Positions 40,713-52,441 of a stretch of 64,000 nucleotides of DNA are shown piece after piece; position 1 is the first letter of the stretch, and every line of letters starts with the position of its first letter. A program made the position numbers and the translations under genes. A model generated the notes under the pieces. It was not told the DNA's origin, made no database searches, and saw only the letters and a program-made list of their open reading frames with translations. The stretch is taken from assembly GCA_963663805.2 (NCBI GenBank), contig CAXXMR010000003.1, positions 64,001-128,000 on the forward strand, in the 5' to 3' direction. The stretch is from Sedimentisphaerales bacterium (GTDB taxonomy: Bacteria > Planctomycetota > Phycisphaerae > Sedimentisphaerales > SM23-30).

Positions 40713-41136
40713 TCATTCGCTTGCAATCTCTCCCACCCGAACATTACCGTAATCCTGCCCAAATTCCGGGCAGTACCACTGGCTGCCCGCCACAAGAACC
40801 CGATTCCCATCAGCAACAACATCTTCTATGGAGCTATATTGATACGACCCCTTAGCTATGACCTCCCAATCCACACCATCCCACCGCACCAGCGTCGCCT
40901 GGCCTATATTACCATCAAACCCTCCACCTAAGGCATGCCAATTCATCCCATCCCACACAGCGACACGCAGGGCATCAACACCGGCGACACGACTGAACGT
41001 GCCGCCCAGAACAATATCGCTGTCTAATCCCGCCAGACAGTTAATCCGGGCATCGACATAACTGTAAATTTCTGTCCAATTGTCGCCATCCAGGCGATAA
41101 ACACCATCGGGGTTTACCGCGTATAAATCATCGTTA
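40713..41136 (-). pseudogene. Beta-propeller/Kelch-like repeat protein fragment
   Basis: Repeated YRLDGDNW, VWDGMNW and RWDGVDW plus LGGTFS; no start, and it abuts the mtnA fragment. Confidence 0.55.
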
Positions 41137-41757
41137 ATGAAATGCAGATTCGATACCGTTACCGAAGGTTCGACGGTGCTGACACATTGCAATGCGGGCG
41201 GCCTGGCAACGGCGGATTATGGTACCGCTCTGGCCTTGATGTTCACTGCCCATGAGCAGGGCCGTAATTTTAGAGTTTATGCCGACGAGACCCGGCCGCT
41301 CTTGCAGGGGGCGCGACTGACGGCCTGGGAACTGCAAAAGGCCGGTATTGATGTGACGCTAATCTGTGATAACATGGCCGGTCACCTGATGAGTCTGGGC
41401 AAGATTGACCTGATTATTACCGGTGCCGACCGCATCGCTGCCAACGGCGATGCCGCCAATAAAATCGGTACGTACAGCCTGGCAGTGCTTGCTAAGGCCC
41501 ACGGTGTTCCGTTTTATATCGCTGCCCCTTCCAGTACGTTTGACCAGAGCATCCCCGACGGCAGTTGTATCCCCATTGAGCAGCGTGACGGGCGGGAGAT
41601 AACCCACCCCGGCGGCTTACAGATCGCCCCCAAAAACATCCAGACCTACAACCCGGCATTCGATGTGACCCCGCACGAATATATCGCCGCTTTGATAACC
41701 GAACGTGGAGTAATCAAAAAGCCCGATGCCCAAAAAGTCGCCGAGCATCTGCGATAA
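41137..41757 (+). pseudogene. mtnA: S-methyl-5-thioribose-1-phosphate isomerase, C-terminal part only
   Basis: [41 protein letters not shown] and NPAFDVTP motifs; the N-terminal RGAP domain is missing. Confidence 0.85.
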
Positions 41758-41822
41758 TAAGTAATAGGATAAACCGCAAAAAAGCCTTGCAAAAGCTGGA
41801 GTTAGCGATAATATATCGCCAT

Positions 41823-41897
41823 GCGCCCGTAGCTCAGCCCGGATAGAGCAACTGATTTCTAATCAGTAGGTCACAGGTCCGAATCCTGTCGGGCGTA
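41823..41897 (+). tRNA. tRNA-Arg(TCT)
   Basis: GCGCCCGTAGCTCAGCCCGGATAGAGCA-ACTGA-TTTCTAA-TCAGT-AGGTCACAGGTCCGAATCCTGTCGGGCGTA; the T-loop is atypical. Confidence 0.88.
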
Positions 41898-41985
41898 TTT
41901 CTTAACTCTTTAAAATATGGAGAGTTATAAAGAATGGTCAAAAATATTATTATGGCACCTATGCCCCAAACTATGTCCGATGAAT

Positions 41986-42212
41986 GTAAGGTTTCGGTAA
42001 ACTACACTCCGGTTGGCGGTTGCTTTTTCGGGTTTTGGGTGGGTTAGCTTTTTGGGGCTTTCCGGTTGGCGGGCAGGAGGATGTCGATTTGGTTGGTGGG
42101 GGTGGTAGTGATTTTTCTCATTTGTCGTCCCGTTTTCTGAAGAACACGAACAGATAGCCCGCTTAACGGAACCTTGAAGCATGAAGTTTTCCGCCAGCAT
42201 GGAAAGTTTGTT
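41986..42212 (-). mobile_element. Internally deleted IS66 derivative
   Basis: GTAAG terminus. 42030-42120 matches the tnpC 3' end (30560-30650), and 42135-42210 matches tnpB (32430-32505). Confidence 0.75.
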
Positions 42213-42393
42213 ATCTTTAAAAGAGGGGTGGGGGTGCTCTTATTATAGGATGGTTTTGTGGTTAAGGGCATTTTTGAGCGTTTAGGGGGGAAAACAGGCC
42301 TTATTTTCCGCGCGGAAATGGCTCACGACGCTGTTTTTTTTAAATTTTTTAAAAAAAATTGCGTTTTTGGGTGAAATTTTACGGTTTTTTTAG

Positions 42394-42918
42394 ATGGATG
42401 ACAGTAAATCCAAAGATGTTCAGGAATATGTTCGGCTGGTCGCTACAAACGAACGGCGGATTTATGGGTATATCCTGGCTATGGTCCTGTCGCATCAGGA
42501 TGCCGATGATATATTGCAGGAGACTCTGATATATACGTGGAATGAGTTTGACAAGTATCGGCCAGGCACGAATTTTGGGGCTTGGGCGATGAGTGTGGCC
42601 CGCTATCGGATTCTGGATTATCTGCGGAATAAGAAGCTGGAACGGCAGGCGGTGCTGACCAATACGCTGGTGGCGGATTTTCATGACGAGGTTCGGGAGA
42701 GTACGGATGATATGGATGATTATCTGGATACTCTTCAATATTGTGTGAAGAAGCTGAACGCTGCTGACCGGACTTTGCTGACGGAGCGTTATCAGAAGAA
42801 TTACAGCGTGAAGGAGATTGCCGAGGCTGCGGGAGTTACGGTTCAGAATGTTTATCAGAAGCTGTCGCGGATACAGGTGATGCTTTATCGATGTGTTAAA
42901 CGGGCGTTGGCTGTTTGA
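42394..42918 (+). CDS. ECF sigma-70 factor (planctomycete type)
   Basis: IYGYI...DADDILQET...GTNFGAWA..VARY and RY...SVKEIAE...VYQKLSRI. Confidence 0.92.
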   Translation: MDDSKSKDVQEYVRLVATNERRIYGYILAMVLSHQDADDILQETLIYTWNEFDKYRPGTNFGAWAMSVARYRILDYLRNKKLERQAVLTNTLVADFHDEVRESTDDMDDYLDTLQYCVKKLNAADRTLLTERYQKNYSVKEIAEAAGVTVQNVYQKLSRIQVMLYRCVKRALAV

Positions 42919-43021
42919 GGGCAGGCATAAGACAGAAGGCAAGAGGGATGAGGCAAGAGTGAAGGGCTTAGTTTCGTCCTTTGGCCGAGGTTGTTTTATT
43001 TAAAGAAATAAGACATAAGAT

Positions 43022-46000
43022 ATGGTTGATGATAAATATTACAGGCTGACTTATCTGGTTACACTGGCGTTGGATGGTGGACTGGATGACGCGGGGTATG
43101 GGGAGCTTAGCGAGATTCTGAAGAATGACGCTGGGGCGCGGGAGGTTTATTATGGTCTGCTGATGGTGGAGACCGGTGTTAAGCAGCTGGGGGACTGTCG
43201 GGAGAACACGGAGGCTTTTGAACAGGATTTTTTGCGGGATTATCTGAGCTATGTCCTGAAGGATAAAGACGGTTCTGATGCCCTGCTGGGCTTTAAGTAT
43301 AATTCGGTGGAATCGTTCTGTAAGGGGGATTCGGGTCAGGGTGAAGATTTTGAGGTAAAGCGGGCGAGCCGTTTTAGTAACAATATGGCTTTGGTTTATC
43401 TGGCGGCGATGTTTGCTCTGATATTTGGGGTGGTTTGGGCTTATCTGGGTTATCGCGGTAACGAAATGGGGAGTTTATCGCGTTGTCTGGGTGTCAGCTG
43501 GGCAGGTAGTCCGGCGTCAGAAGGTGATAAGCTGACGCATGAACGGATGGTTATTGAGGAGGGGGTGGCAGAGTTGTCGCTGGCGGATGGGGTTAAAGTT
43601 ATAGTGAAGGGGCCTTCGGCGTTTCAGGTTGAGGCTTCTAATCAGTTATACCTGCATTATGGTAATCTGGTGGCCCGGATAGATGAGGAGACCGAGGACG
43701 ATTATAAGTTTGTGGTGCGTACGCCGCGGGCGGTGGTGACGGATTTGGGTACGGAGTTTGGGGTATCTGTGCTGAGTTCGGGCGAGACAAAGGTACATGT
43801 TTTTCAGGGGCTGGTGGAGCTATACAACAGTTCTGAGTTGGGTCGGTTTACGCAGCGGATATTGATGGAAGCGGGGCAGGGGGTGGGGGTTGATTTGCTG
43901 GGTAATCTGGCCCGGCAGAAGGTTAGTGATGATAATTTTGTGCGGATGGGTGATTTCGATACGTTGTATCGGCTGGAGAATAATTCTGGTCGGCCTGAAG
44001 TTCAGATTACCGAGAGTGACGCTGGGGGGATAGTTGAGATAAGTGAGCGGGCGGCGAGTGGGAAGATGCCGGTTCGGCCTGCGGATGCGCGTATTGAAGC
44101 GTTCAAGATCGCGGCGATGTCCAATACTTATGATGAGCGGGGTCAGGGTGAGATCGCTCTGGAAGACCAGGTTAAATGGGTTTTGGATAATATTGACCGG
44201 GAGAACATTTCGTTTGTCTGTCATCTGGGCGATATAGTTTGCATGAAGACGGCGACTTCTCAGCAGTGGCGAGAAGTGTCACGGGTCATGGAGAGTTTTC
44301 ATTCTACTTTGGGGGTGAGCGGCAAGGCTTATCTGCCGTATTCGGTGGGGCTGGGTGATCGTGATTTGGATGTGCGTGATAATAAGTATGGGGGTTTTTA
44401 TGGTTATTATCAGTATTTTGGGCCGGGCCGGTATAAGGATTTTGAATGGTTCGGCGGGGCGGACCGCAAGGGCGGCTGTAATTATCAGTTGTTTACGGCG
44501 GGGGGGGCGGATGTGGCTTCATCTGAACATGGAAGTTTACGCCGATGATGAGTCGCTGAAATGGGCTCAGGATGTTATCGATTGTTATGCGGGTATGCCG
44601 GTGATTTATTCGACGCACAGCTATTTGCAGCAGGGGCAGGAAGGCTGTAAGCTGGGTGAGGCGATGTTTAATGGGGACGGGCTAAATGGAGGCAAGGCTC
44701 AGTGGTATAAGTTTGTGGGGAACAATGACCAGATAGTAATGGTTTTGTGCAGTTCGGGTGATGCGGAGCGGAAGTCCGAGGCTTATGTTTCGGTGAATAT
44801 TTACGGTCGGCCTGTGTTGCAGATAAATGTGCGTTATCCGATATTTTCGGCGATAGGCAAGGGTGGTTTTTCGAATATCGAAGTTGATGAGCCGTCGGGT
44901 AAGGTGGATGTCGCTGATTATTTTTATAATGGTGAGAAATATGTGATTAAAGATAAGCTGGCGGTTGATTTTGACTGGTCGGCTCGGCTTTGTAATTTTG
45001 GTGAGCGGCAGTGTATAGGTCATGTCGAGCTGGCAAATCTTGAGGTTGATGAGAATCAGTCGCAAGAAACTGAGGGTCGTTATGGGGTACGTATTGGCGT
45101 GGGTCAGGGCAGCGAAAATTTCCGGCTGCACGAAACCATCGACCGGATGTCGGAGTCGAATTATGGTGATTACGCGATTCAGATAGGTGATTTCGCGTGG
45201 GATGATTCGCTGGGCGGGGTGACGATTGCCTGTTCGGCAGAGAATGGTCGTGATAACGGCAGGGGTGGTAAGAATTATCATACGGTTTCGGCAAGTCCGA
45301 CGAAGATGGGCAGCCAGCTGGTTTCGGTGCATAAAACGTCCGGTAAGGCTTATATGGGTGGTGAGGAAGGTGATGTTGATTGTGGTGTGGCTTATTTTCC
45401 TTTTAGCGGTGGTTGGCTGGGCGGTCATCTTCAGAATCTGGATAATAATCTGAAGATGTGTTCTCTGACGGCCAATGAAAAATATTGTGATGGATAAGCA
45501 TCTGAGGTGGCTGGGTGGTGAGGATAGTGTGGTAAAGCCCATGTCGGGCGGCAATATGCGTGGTGAGGGGATATGGGAACTGGCTCTGCCGGGCGTTGAC
45601 AGTTTGAGTGACGGGGTTTTGATGGTTTGCGGCGGGAAGAACGAGGATAATTACGCCTCTACTGGTATCAAGCATGATGGTTCGGGCTGGCTGGTTGCGG
45701 TTCGTGATAATGGTTTTGATGGGAGCGGTACGGAGCAGGATCCGTTCAATTTTGTTTATATACCTTATGGCACCGAAGGCGTTACGGCGGGTGTGATAAC
45801 CGGCTGCGGGGGGATACTAAACGGTACGGGTGATTTTTCGGTTCGTCAGACAGTTGGTGGTGAGTATCGTCTGGAAATTGACGAGGGCAGGCCTGGCGCG
45901 GGGGTACTTTTGGTAAATGGCAGCATTGATGGTTACGCGATGGATAATATTGTGACGTATGAAGGTGAGGGTGATGGCTGGCTGGTTCAGTCTCGTGATT

Positions 46001-47025
46001 TGCCGAACGCGGTTTTGCAGGGGATGAACTCGGTGTGTTTTACGTTTGCATATATTCGTTTTGATGGCATCCCGAGCGGTCCGGGGCGGTCCAGGGCGAG
46101 GCAGCGTGAAAAGGTTGCCTGCGGTGATTTTGAGGTATTCTGGGATGCGGGGCGGAATATGGTTAATGTTGGGGTGCGTGGTTCGAGCAATTACATGAGT
46201 GTTTGTGAATTTGATTATGGGGATTATGGTATTTATGTGAACGGTTTCAAGCCGGATTTCATGTCGGGGGTTTTGCTGGCAAGTGCTCGTGAAGATTTTC
46301 GTCAGGATGAGGACGGGGTTTATCTGGCGACGGTTAGTACTGGTTATACAAACTGGGTTCACGCTCATCGGTCGGCGGAGGCGGAGGAGAACGCGGAATT
46401 CAATGTTAATTTCAGTGCGGCGTGGTTTCCTTACGCGGGTGATTTTACGGCGGGGCATATTGATGGTGACGGTGAGGTTGCCTGCTCTAATGGGGCGATA
46501 CCGTTTGTGATTTCGCATTATGAGAAGTCGCCGGGCCGGTATCTGTTGGCGTTAAACGGGTTGAGTACGTCTGAGGGTTTGTTGTTTGTGATAAGCGAGG
46601 GTAATACTGATAATGTGGCGAGCGCGTCTCCTCAGAATGATTTTAGCTGGGAAGTAGCGGTTCGTGATAATTCGCCGGCTCTGGCGTGGCAGAGTGAGGC
46701 GGGGATGTTTGGGTATTTGTATTTGCCGTACAGCGTGAGTGATTACAGGATTGCCCGAATAAGCGGAGCGGGTAAGATATTAGATTCAAATGGGGGGATT
46801 TCGTCGAGCAGGACGGCGACGGGAGTTTATAAGATTCGGGTGGAAAACGGCAGCAGCGAGGAGGGGGTTCTGCTGGTTAATTCTTACGGTCTGGGGGCCG
46901 ATGGGCCGGTGAATGCTCTGGTGAGCTATCAGGTCGCAGGGCGGGATTTTGTGGTTAAGTGTTTTGATTCTAGTACCAAGCAGGCTATGGATACTGATTT
47001 GGCGGTGGGTTATGTGGCTTATTGA
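43022..47025 (+). CDS. FecR-domain anti-sigma factor fused to a metallophosphoesterase-like domain and duplicated C-terminal modules; two apparent homopolymer frameshifts
   Basis: TM helix, FecR motif FVVRTPRAVVTDLGTEFGV...VHVFQGLV, and HLGDIV. Frame changes fall at the G-run near 44500 and the A-run near 45480. Confidence 0.78.
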
Positions 47026-47173
47026 ATAGGCGGGGGGAATCAGATTTTTTCTTTAATTTTCGGGGGATCTCGCTCTTTTATTATGGCCGTGTCGCAATTC
47101 GTTTTGTTTCGGGTTGCGTTAGTGTTCTGTTAGTATAAATCATGTTTTTTAGTATGTTTTTGAGGAGTTCAAG

Positions 47174-48010
47174 ATGGATAAGATGAAACGTCGGGCATTT
47201 ACTCTGGTTGAGCTTTTGGTTGTGGTGGCGATTATAGCGTTGCTGGTTTCGATATTGCTGCCGGCTTTGGGTAAGGCACGTGAATCGGCGAAGCAGTCGA
47301 TGTGTTTGTCGAATCAGCGGACGCTGGGTCAGGCGTGGTTTGGTTACGCGATGGATAATCGTAATATCGTTTTTGGAGGTACTACCCGTGTGGTTCAGGT
47401 TGGTGAGCGGGAGTTGGCCTGGCAGTTTTCGGTGTATCATCCAGAGGAAAGCTGGGTGGCGACTCCTCAGTATGACGGTACGAACGGTTATCCGCAAGAC
47501 TGGTCGGAAGAGTTGTGGAATTTGTGCATTGAAATAGGGACGCTTTATCCTTATGTGGAGACGGTGAAGGTTTATCGCTGCCCGACAAAGAACAAGACTG
47601 TTAAGGGTGCTTATATTGACGAGACGCGGAGTTATTCGATATCGAGCTCTCTGTACGGCACGCCTTACATCGGGGGCGGTCAGGAAGCCCTGGAGCGTGA
47701 GAAGCGTACGGTCAAGAGTCTGGGTGCGATAAAGATGCCTGCGGCTCGTATGGCTTTGATATGTCAGGGTGTGGTGACTCAGGAGAACTGGGGTGCGGAG
47801 TCTTGGAATCCGATGTTTTTGGGTGGTTGGCAGGATGTTCCACCGGTTAATCACGGCAATGGCACGACGATGAGTTTCGCGGACGGTCACGCGGAGTTTC
47901 ATCGCTGGGAAACGGAATATAGTTCCAATTTCAATTACTATTCGGGGATTTCGCTGGATGACCCGGATTTAGTTTGGGCGAAGCGGGCGGTATGGGGTGA
48001 TTTGCCGTAA
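47174..48010 (+). CDS. Prepilin-type N-terminal cleavage / H-X9-DG (DUF1559-like) protein
   Basis: [30 protein letters not shown]...CLSNQR and [13 protein letters not shown]. Confidence 0.92.
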   Translation: MDKMKRRAFTLVELLVVVAIIALLVSILLPALGKARESAKQSMCLSNQRTLGQAWFGYAMDNRNIVFGGTTRVVQVGERELAWQFSVYHPEESWVATPQYDGTNGYPQDWSEELWNLCIEIGTLYPYVETVKVYRCPTKNKTVKGAYIDETRSYSISSSLYGTPYIGGGQEALEREKRTVKSLGAIKMPAARMALICQGVVTQENWGAESWNPMFLGGWQDVPPVNHGNGTTMSFADGHAEFHRWETEYSSNFNYYSGISLDDPDLVWAKRAVWGDLP

Positions 48011-48078
48011 AAATTGTATGAGCTGATTTTATTGGTATGGGAGTTAATGAGTTTTTTTTGTTGAGGAAGGACAGAATT

Positions 48079-51000
48079 ATGAAAGTTTTATCTGTAGTGT
48101 TGTGTTTGCTGACGGCGGGGATGGTTTTTGGTCAGAATGTTAATGATGTTTACTGGGTGGCTGACCCGAACGGCAGCTGGACGGAAGCATCCAACTGGTA
48201 TGAGGATACCGGTGACGGTGCCGCCTGGGGTGTGCCGGGCAGTACTTCTGGTTGTGGTGCCTATGCGGTGATAAGCAATGGCGGGACAGCCAATATCGGC
48301 AGTGGTTATGCTCCGGCTTATGAGGTTGAGCGGATATATGTGGGGGGGGCGGTGGTTTCATCTCTGGAGGTGAAGGCTGGCGTTTCGGTGTATAATTTGT
48401 TTACGACGGCGGGTACTGGTTATCAGGGTTATCTGGCGGTTACAGCTGGTACGCTGGATGTGACGGGTACGTCGTATCTGGGGCAGGGGGTCAACAGTAA
48501 TACGGTTGTTGATATTTTTGGCGGGAAGCTGGAGTTTAGCGGTCATTGTTATATGCCGGGCAGTGATTATTCGGGTTCGGTTGTAGTGATGAATGTTGAA
48601 GGTGGCGATTTGGAATTTGTCGCTAACGGTTATGTTGGCAATAAAGCTGGCAGTGACGCGACGATCAATTTGAATTCGGGTACGTTTTATCATGGCGGGT
48701 CAAATTTTTGTATAGGTAATTATGGGGCCGGGACGTTGAATGTTTACGGCGGAAGCTTAACGACTAATTCTACGGATCGCTGGCGTATTGGTTGGGCTAG
48801 TGGTGCTGAGGGCACGATAAATATTTATGGGGGCAGTTTCGTATTGAGCAAGCCGGTGGCTTTGCATCGGGGTACTTTCCGGGTTATTGGTTCGGATATT
48901 TCGCAACTGGAGATGCCGCAGTTTTTGTGTGTTGACGGTGCGGGCGAGACTTTAGAGTTTGTGATTGACGAAGGCGGAATTACTCAGATTACGATTATGG
49001 GTTCTGATACTACGGCGAATATCGCGGATTTGGATGACTGTACTTTGTCGATTGATGTTGAGGAAGGTGTCAGTATTGTTGAGGGGGCGATTTATACTCT
49101 GCTGACGGCGGTAAATCCTATTACAATTGATGGTGCTATGGTGACTCAGAATTTGAGTGATTATAATTTCTCATATTTTGTGGAGCAGGACAGTGTTAGT
49201 GGTCTTTATTGTCTGCGGATTCGCTCGGCGGGCAGTTATCACTGGGATTCGGCGGACGGCTACTGGGATGTTGACGGCAACTGGCTGGAAGGTTCGGTGC
49301 CGACGGTTTATGACAGTGCGATCGCGGCGAGCGGGATAATCAATATTCCCAATGCGGCGATAGGGATTGATTCTGTTACTCTTGATAGCTGTACGCTGAA
49401 CGTTGAGCAGGGCAGTTTGACGACGAATTCGAGCTTGAATGTTGGTACTGTTGATGGTTCCAATGTGACGATCAATCAGACGACTGGGGTATTTACGGTG
49501 GGTAATGAATTTAATCTGGGTCACAACGACACCGAGGCGACGGGCAATGTCCAGAATTTTAATCTGTCGGGCGGGACATTTAGTGCGTCGGGTGTGACTT
49601 ATGTGGGCGGTCGGGGCCATTATGGTTATTACACGCAGAGCGGCGGTGACGTGACTCTGGGCAGCAGTTTTCGCTGTGGTTATGACGGCGGATATGGTGT
49701 GATCGAGATTAGCGGCGGTTCGCTTTATGTGACGGATTATATGACGGTTCGGGAAGGTGAATTTCGGATTATGGGTTCGGATATTACGAGTATCGAGCTG
49801 AATCGTCTGGACCTGGACAGTGAGCCGGATGATACGATTACTTTTGGGCTGGATGCGGATGGTGTTACTGAGATTAATGTGTATAACACCTATGCGAAGT
49901 TTAATGGTGCGACTATCAGAGTTGAGGCGTTGCCGGGCTATGATGGTGTGCCGGGTGATTATTATGATGTATTGCGGATAGAGAATACCAAGTCTCTGGT
50001 ATTGTCGAATACGGATGTGGTATCGACGACGGGTCAGTCTTTTGGGGCGGAAGTTTATGATGACGGTACTTATTATCATTTGCGTTTGCTTGTTGGTGGT
50101 GCCAAGGCATCTGCTCCGAGTCCCGCGGATGGTTATTTGCAGCCGGCGGTTGATTATGAGATGCTGGCATGGAGCAATCCTGGATCGGGTGAGGTTACCG
50201 GCACGGTTACTTGTGATGTATTTCTGACGGTTGGTTCCGATCCTGATTTTCTTAGTGCGGTTCAGTTGGTTGATAAACTGTCTGTGGATACGTTTGATTT
50301 GTCGACGATGACTCCTCCGCTTGACCCTAACACTACTTATCTGTGGCGAGTTGATGTTTATGATTCTACCAGCGGTGGTGAGACTCATGTGATTGGTGAT
50401 GTATGGACATTCAAGACCACTCTGGCGGCTGTGGAAGCGTTGAAGTGGGATTTTGAGAGTCAGAGCTCTTCGGCGGCTGGTTATCAGCAGGCGGTTGGTT
50501 ATGATTCGATTCAGGCGACGGCCAGCTCGAGTTATAATGTTGATGTTCCCGCGGCTACGATTAATGGTTTTGGTCTGGAGGGGCTCAAACATGGTACTTC
50601 GGCGGGTAATTACGGCTATGGTATGTGGATGACCGATGGTGATTTTGAGATTGTATCCGCGCCAGGCAGTAATGTGACGGGCAGTGCGTGGATCAAATAT
50701 GATTTTGACCAGGCGTATAATTTGGGCCAGATGTTTGTCTGGAACCATAACCAGAGCGATGTTTATGGTGTGGAAGAGACCCAGAAGGGTATCAAGAATG
50801 CCACTATCGAATATTCGACGGATGGCACGACTTACAGTACTTTGATGAGTACGGTATTTAGTGACGCGACGCACGCGGCGGAGTATGACAGCTATGACAC
50901 GATTGATTTTGGCGGTTTGAGCGTTAAGTCAGTGATTATTACGGCTGCTTCCACCGGCGGCAGTTACGGCTCTAATTATCGTGGTCTGAGCGAGGTTCGC

Positions 51001-52416
51001 TTCGGCTTGAATGGTACGAGCGATACCGTAATTACTGTGCCGGACGCTTCGGGCAATACCGCGCGGGACGGCAGTGGTTACAGTAATGGCCTGCCGGATA
51101 TTGTTGGTTCGGAGGTTCTGGGTTCGAGCTACTGTGCGGAGTTTGTTGATTCCTGTGATTATATTTACTCCCATGTCGATGACGGCGGATTCCCCTATCA
51201 GGGTTCTGCCCAGTGGTCGATGAGTGTTTATGTTTATCTGGACCGTATGCCTGATGAAGGTACGGTTATTGCGGGCTTTGGTAACGTGACCAGCTATGCG
51301 GGCGGTTCACGCCGGCATTTATATGTTGGTGCGGACGGAATGATTAGCTTTATGCTGGACTATAATACGAAGGTTCAGAGTACCAGAGCTTTTGATTTGG
51401 GTAAATGGCAGTTGATTACGGTGACCTATGAAGGCAATTATGTGCGGCTGTACAAGAATAATCAGTGGCTGAAGACTTCTTCGGTGAGTTTGTCTGACGC
51501 AGTGGCCAAGGCTGTTGTCGCACCGCGGACCGGGTTGCGTGTCGGTGAAAATGGTGTATATAACAGTCGTGGCAAGATTGATGATTTTACGGTCTATAGT
51601 GGTGTGTTGTCTCGTGTCGAGATGCAGGCATTGACTGACCGTCTGCCGGTTGAATCTGACTTTGATGTTGACGGCGATGTTGACATTACTGATTTGGGTG
51701 CTATGGCTGGTGACTGGCTGGCTGGTGAAGGTGCTATGGGCAGCTACAGTAATCCCGGTCTGACCGGCTGGGTGGAAAGTTGTGAGAATCTTACCGGATT
51801 CCAGAGTAACTGGACTGCGTACCTGAATAACTGGGCCGGTAAGGATATTGTCGCTGGTGCCGGCGTAGAAGGCAGTGGTGCTTTGGAGCTTTCGCTGACA
51901 TCCGGTTATATCAAACGCAGCTTTGGTTGGGCATCTGATTTGTTCGAGGTTTCGTTCTCCTATAAGAGCGAATCTGATACGCTGGACAGTTATGATTATG
52001 TGTCGATAACCGACGCGAATGATAAAGTTCTGGCGATAATCGGGTTGTTCAGCAGTGAAGGCGTTACCGCGGTGCGGATGATTGCTGCCGGTGCGGTGGT
52101 TAAATCATTCGATACCGCTACGGATTATATCGAAGTTAGTTTGCGGCTTGATGCCGGTGATGGTCGGATGGCATTGTATGTTGACGGCGTGGTTGTGGAA
52201 TATGATGTGGCGTTGTATGACAACTCGGCAGGCGATGCCGCTAATATCGAAATTGAGCATTTCGGCACGAATCCGAAGAGCTACTTCGATGAAATCAGTG
52301 TCGGGGCCGCTACGGGCAGCATTGATTATCCGGCGGTAGATTTGAGCGGTGATGGACATGTTGATTTGAGTGATTATGCTCTGTTTGCTCAGGACTGGAT
52401 TGCCGGTCTGGAATAG
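48079..52416 (+). CDS. Large exported protein: beta-strand repeats, discoidin-like and LamG domains, dockerin-like motifs
   Basis: Signal peptide, G-rich xNxxGG repeats, YLWRVD, WIKYDF...GLSEVRF, WQLITVTY...GKIDDF and DFDVDGDVDITDL. Confidence 0.85.
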   Translation: MKVLSVVLCLLTAGMVFGQNVNDVYWVADPNGSWTEASNWYEDTGDGAAWGVPGSTSGCGAYAVISNGGTANIGSGYAPAYEVERIYVGGAVVSSLEVKAGVSVYNLFTTAGTGYQGYLAVTAGTLDVTGTSYLGQGVNSNTVVDIFGGKLEFSGHCYMPGSDYSGSVVVMNVEGGDLEFVANGYVGNKAGSDATINLNSGTFYHGGSNFCIGNYGAGTLNVYGGSLTTNSTDRWRIGWASGAEGTINIYGGSFVLSKPVALHRGTFRVIGSDISQLEMPQFLCVDGAGETLEFVIDEGGITQITIMGSDTTANIADLDDCTLSIDVEEGVSIVEGAIYTLLTAVNPITIDGAMVTQNLSDYNFSYFVEQDSVSGLYCLRIRSAGSYHWDSADGYWDVDGNWLEGSVPTVYDSAIAASGIINIPNAAIGIDSVTLDSCTLNVEQGSLTTNSSLNVGTVDGSNVTINQTTGVFTVGNEFNLGHNDTEATGNVQNFNLSGGTFSASGVTYVGGRGHYGYYTQSGGDVTLGSSFRCGYDGGYGVIEISGGSLYVTDYMTVREGEFRIMGSDITSIELNRLDLDSEPDDTITFGLDADGVTEINVYNTYAKFNGATIRVEALPGYDGVPGDYYDVLRIENTKSLVLSNTDVVSTTGQSFGAEVYDDGTYYHLRLLVGGAKASAPSPADGYLQPAVDYEMLAWSNPGSGEVTGTVTCDVFLTVGSDPDFLSAVQLVDKLSVDTFDLSTMTPPLDPNTTYLWRVDVYDSTSGGETHVIGDVWTFKTTLAAVEALKWDFESQSSSAAGYQQAVGYDSIQATASSSYNVDVPAATINGFGLEGLKHGTSAGNYGYGMWMTDGDFEIVSAPGSNVTGSAWIKYDFDQAYNLGQMFVWNHNQSDVYGVEETQKGIKNATIEYSTDGTTYSTLMSTVFSDATHAAEYDSYDTIDFGGLSVKSVIITAASTGGSYGSNYRGLSEVRFGLNGTSDTVITVPDASGNTARDGSGYSNGLPDIVGSEVLGSSYCAEFVDSCDYIYSHVDDGGFPYQGSAQWSMSVYVYLDRMPDEGTVIAGFGNVTSYAGGSRRHLYVGADGMISFMLDYNTKVQSTRAFDLGKWQLITVTYEGNYVRLYKNNQWLKTSSVSLSDAVAKAVVAPRTGLRVGENGVYNSRGKIDDFTVYSGVLSRVEMQALTDRLPVESDFDVDGDVDITDLGAMAGDWLAGEGAMGSYSNPGLTGWVESCENLTGFQSNWTAYLNNWAGKDIVAGAGVEGSGALELSLTSGYIKRSFGWASDLFEVSFSYKSESDTLDSYDYVSITDANDKVLAIIGLFSSEGVTAVRMIAAGAVVKSFDTATDYIEVSLRLDAGDGRMALYVDGVVVEYDVALYDNSAGDAANIEIEHFGTNPKSYFDEISVGAATGSIDYPAVDLSGDGHVDLSDYALFAQDWIAGLE

Positions 52417-52441
52417 TAAGAGCGGTTAGTGGACTGAAATG

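Noticed and set aside
49171..50874. Long antisense ORFs (e.g. 567 aa here, also 56802-57863 and 44682-45554)
   Set aside because: These are shadows of G/T-biased sense genes, with no motifs and an odd Ile/Thr/Arg-rich composition.
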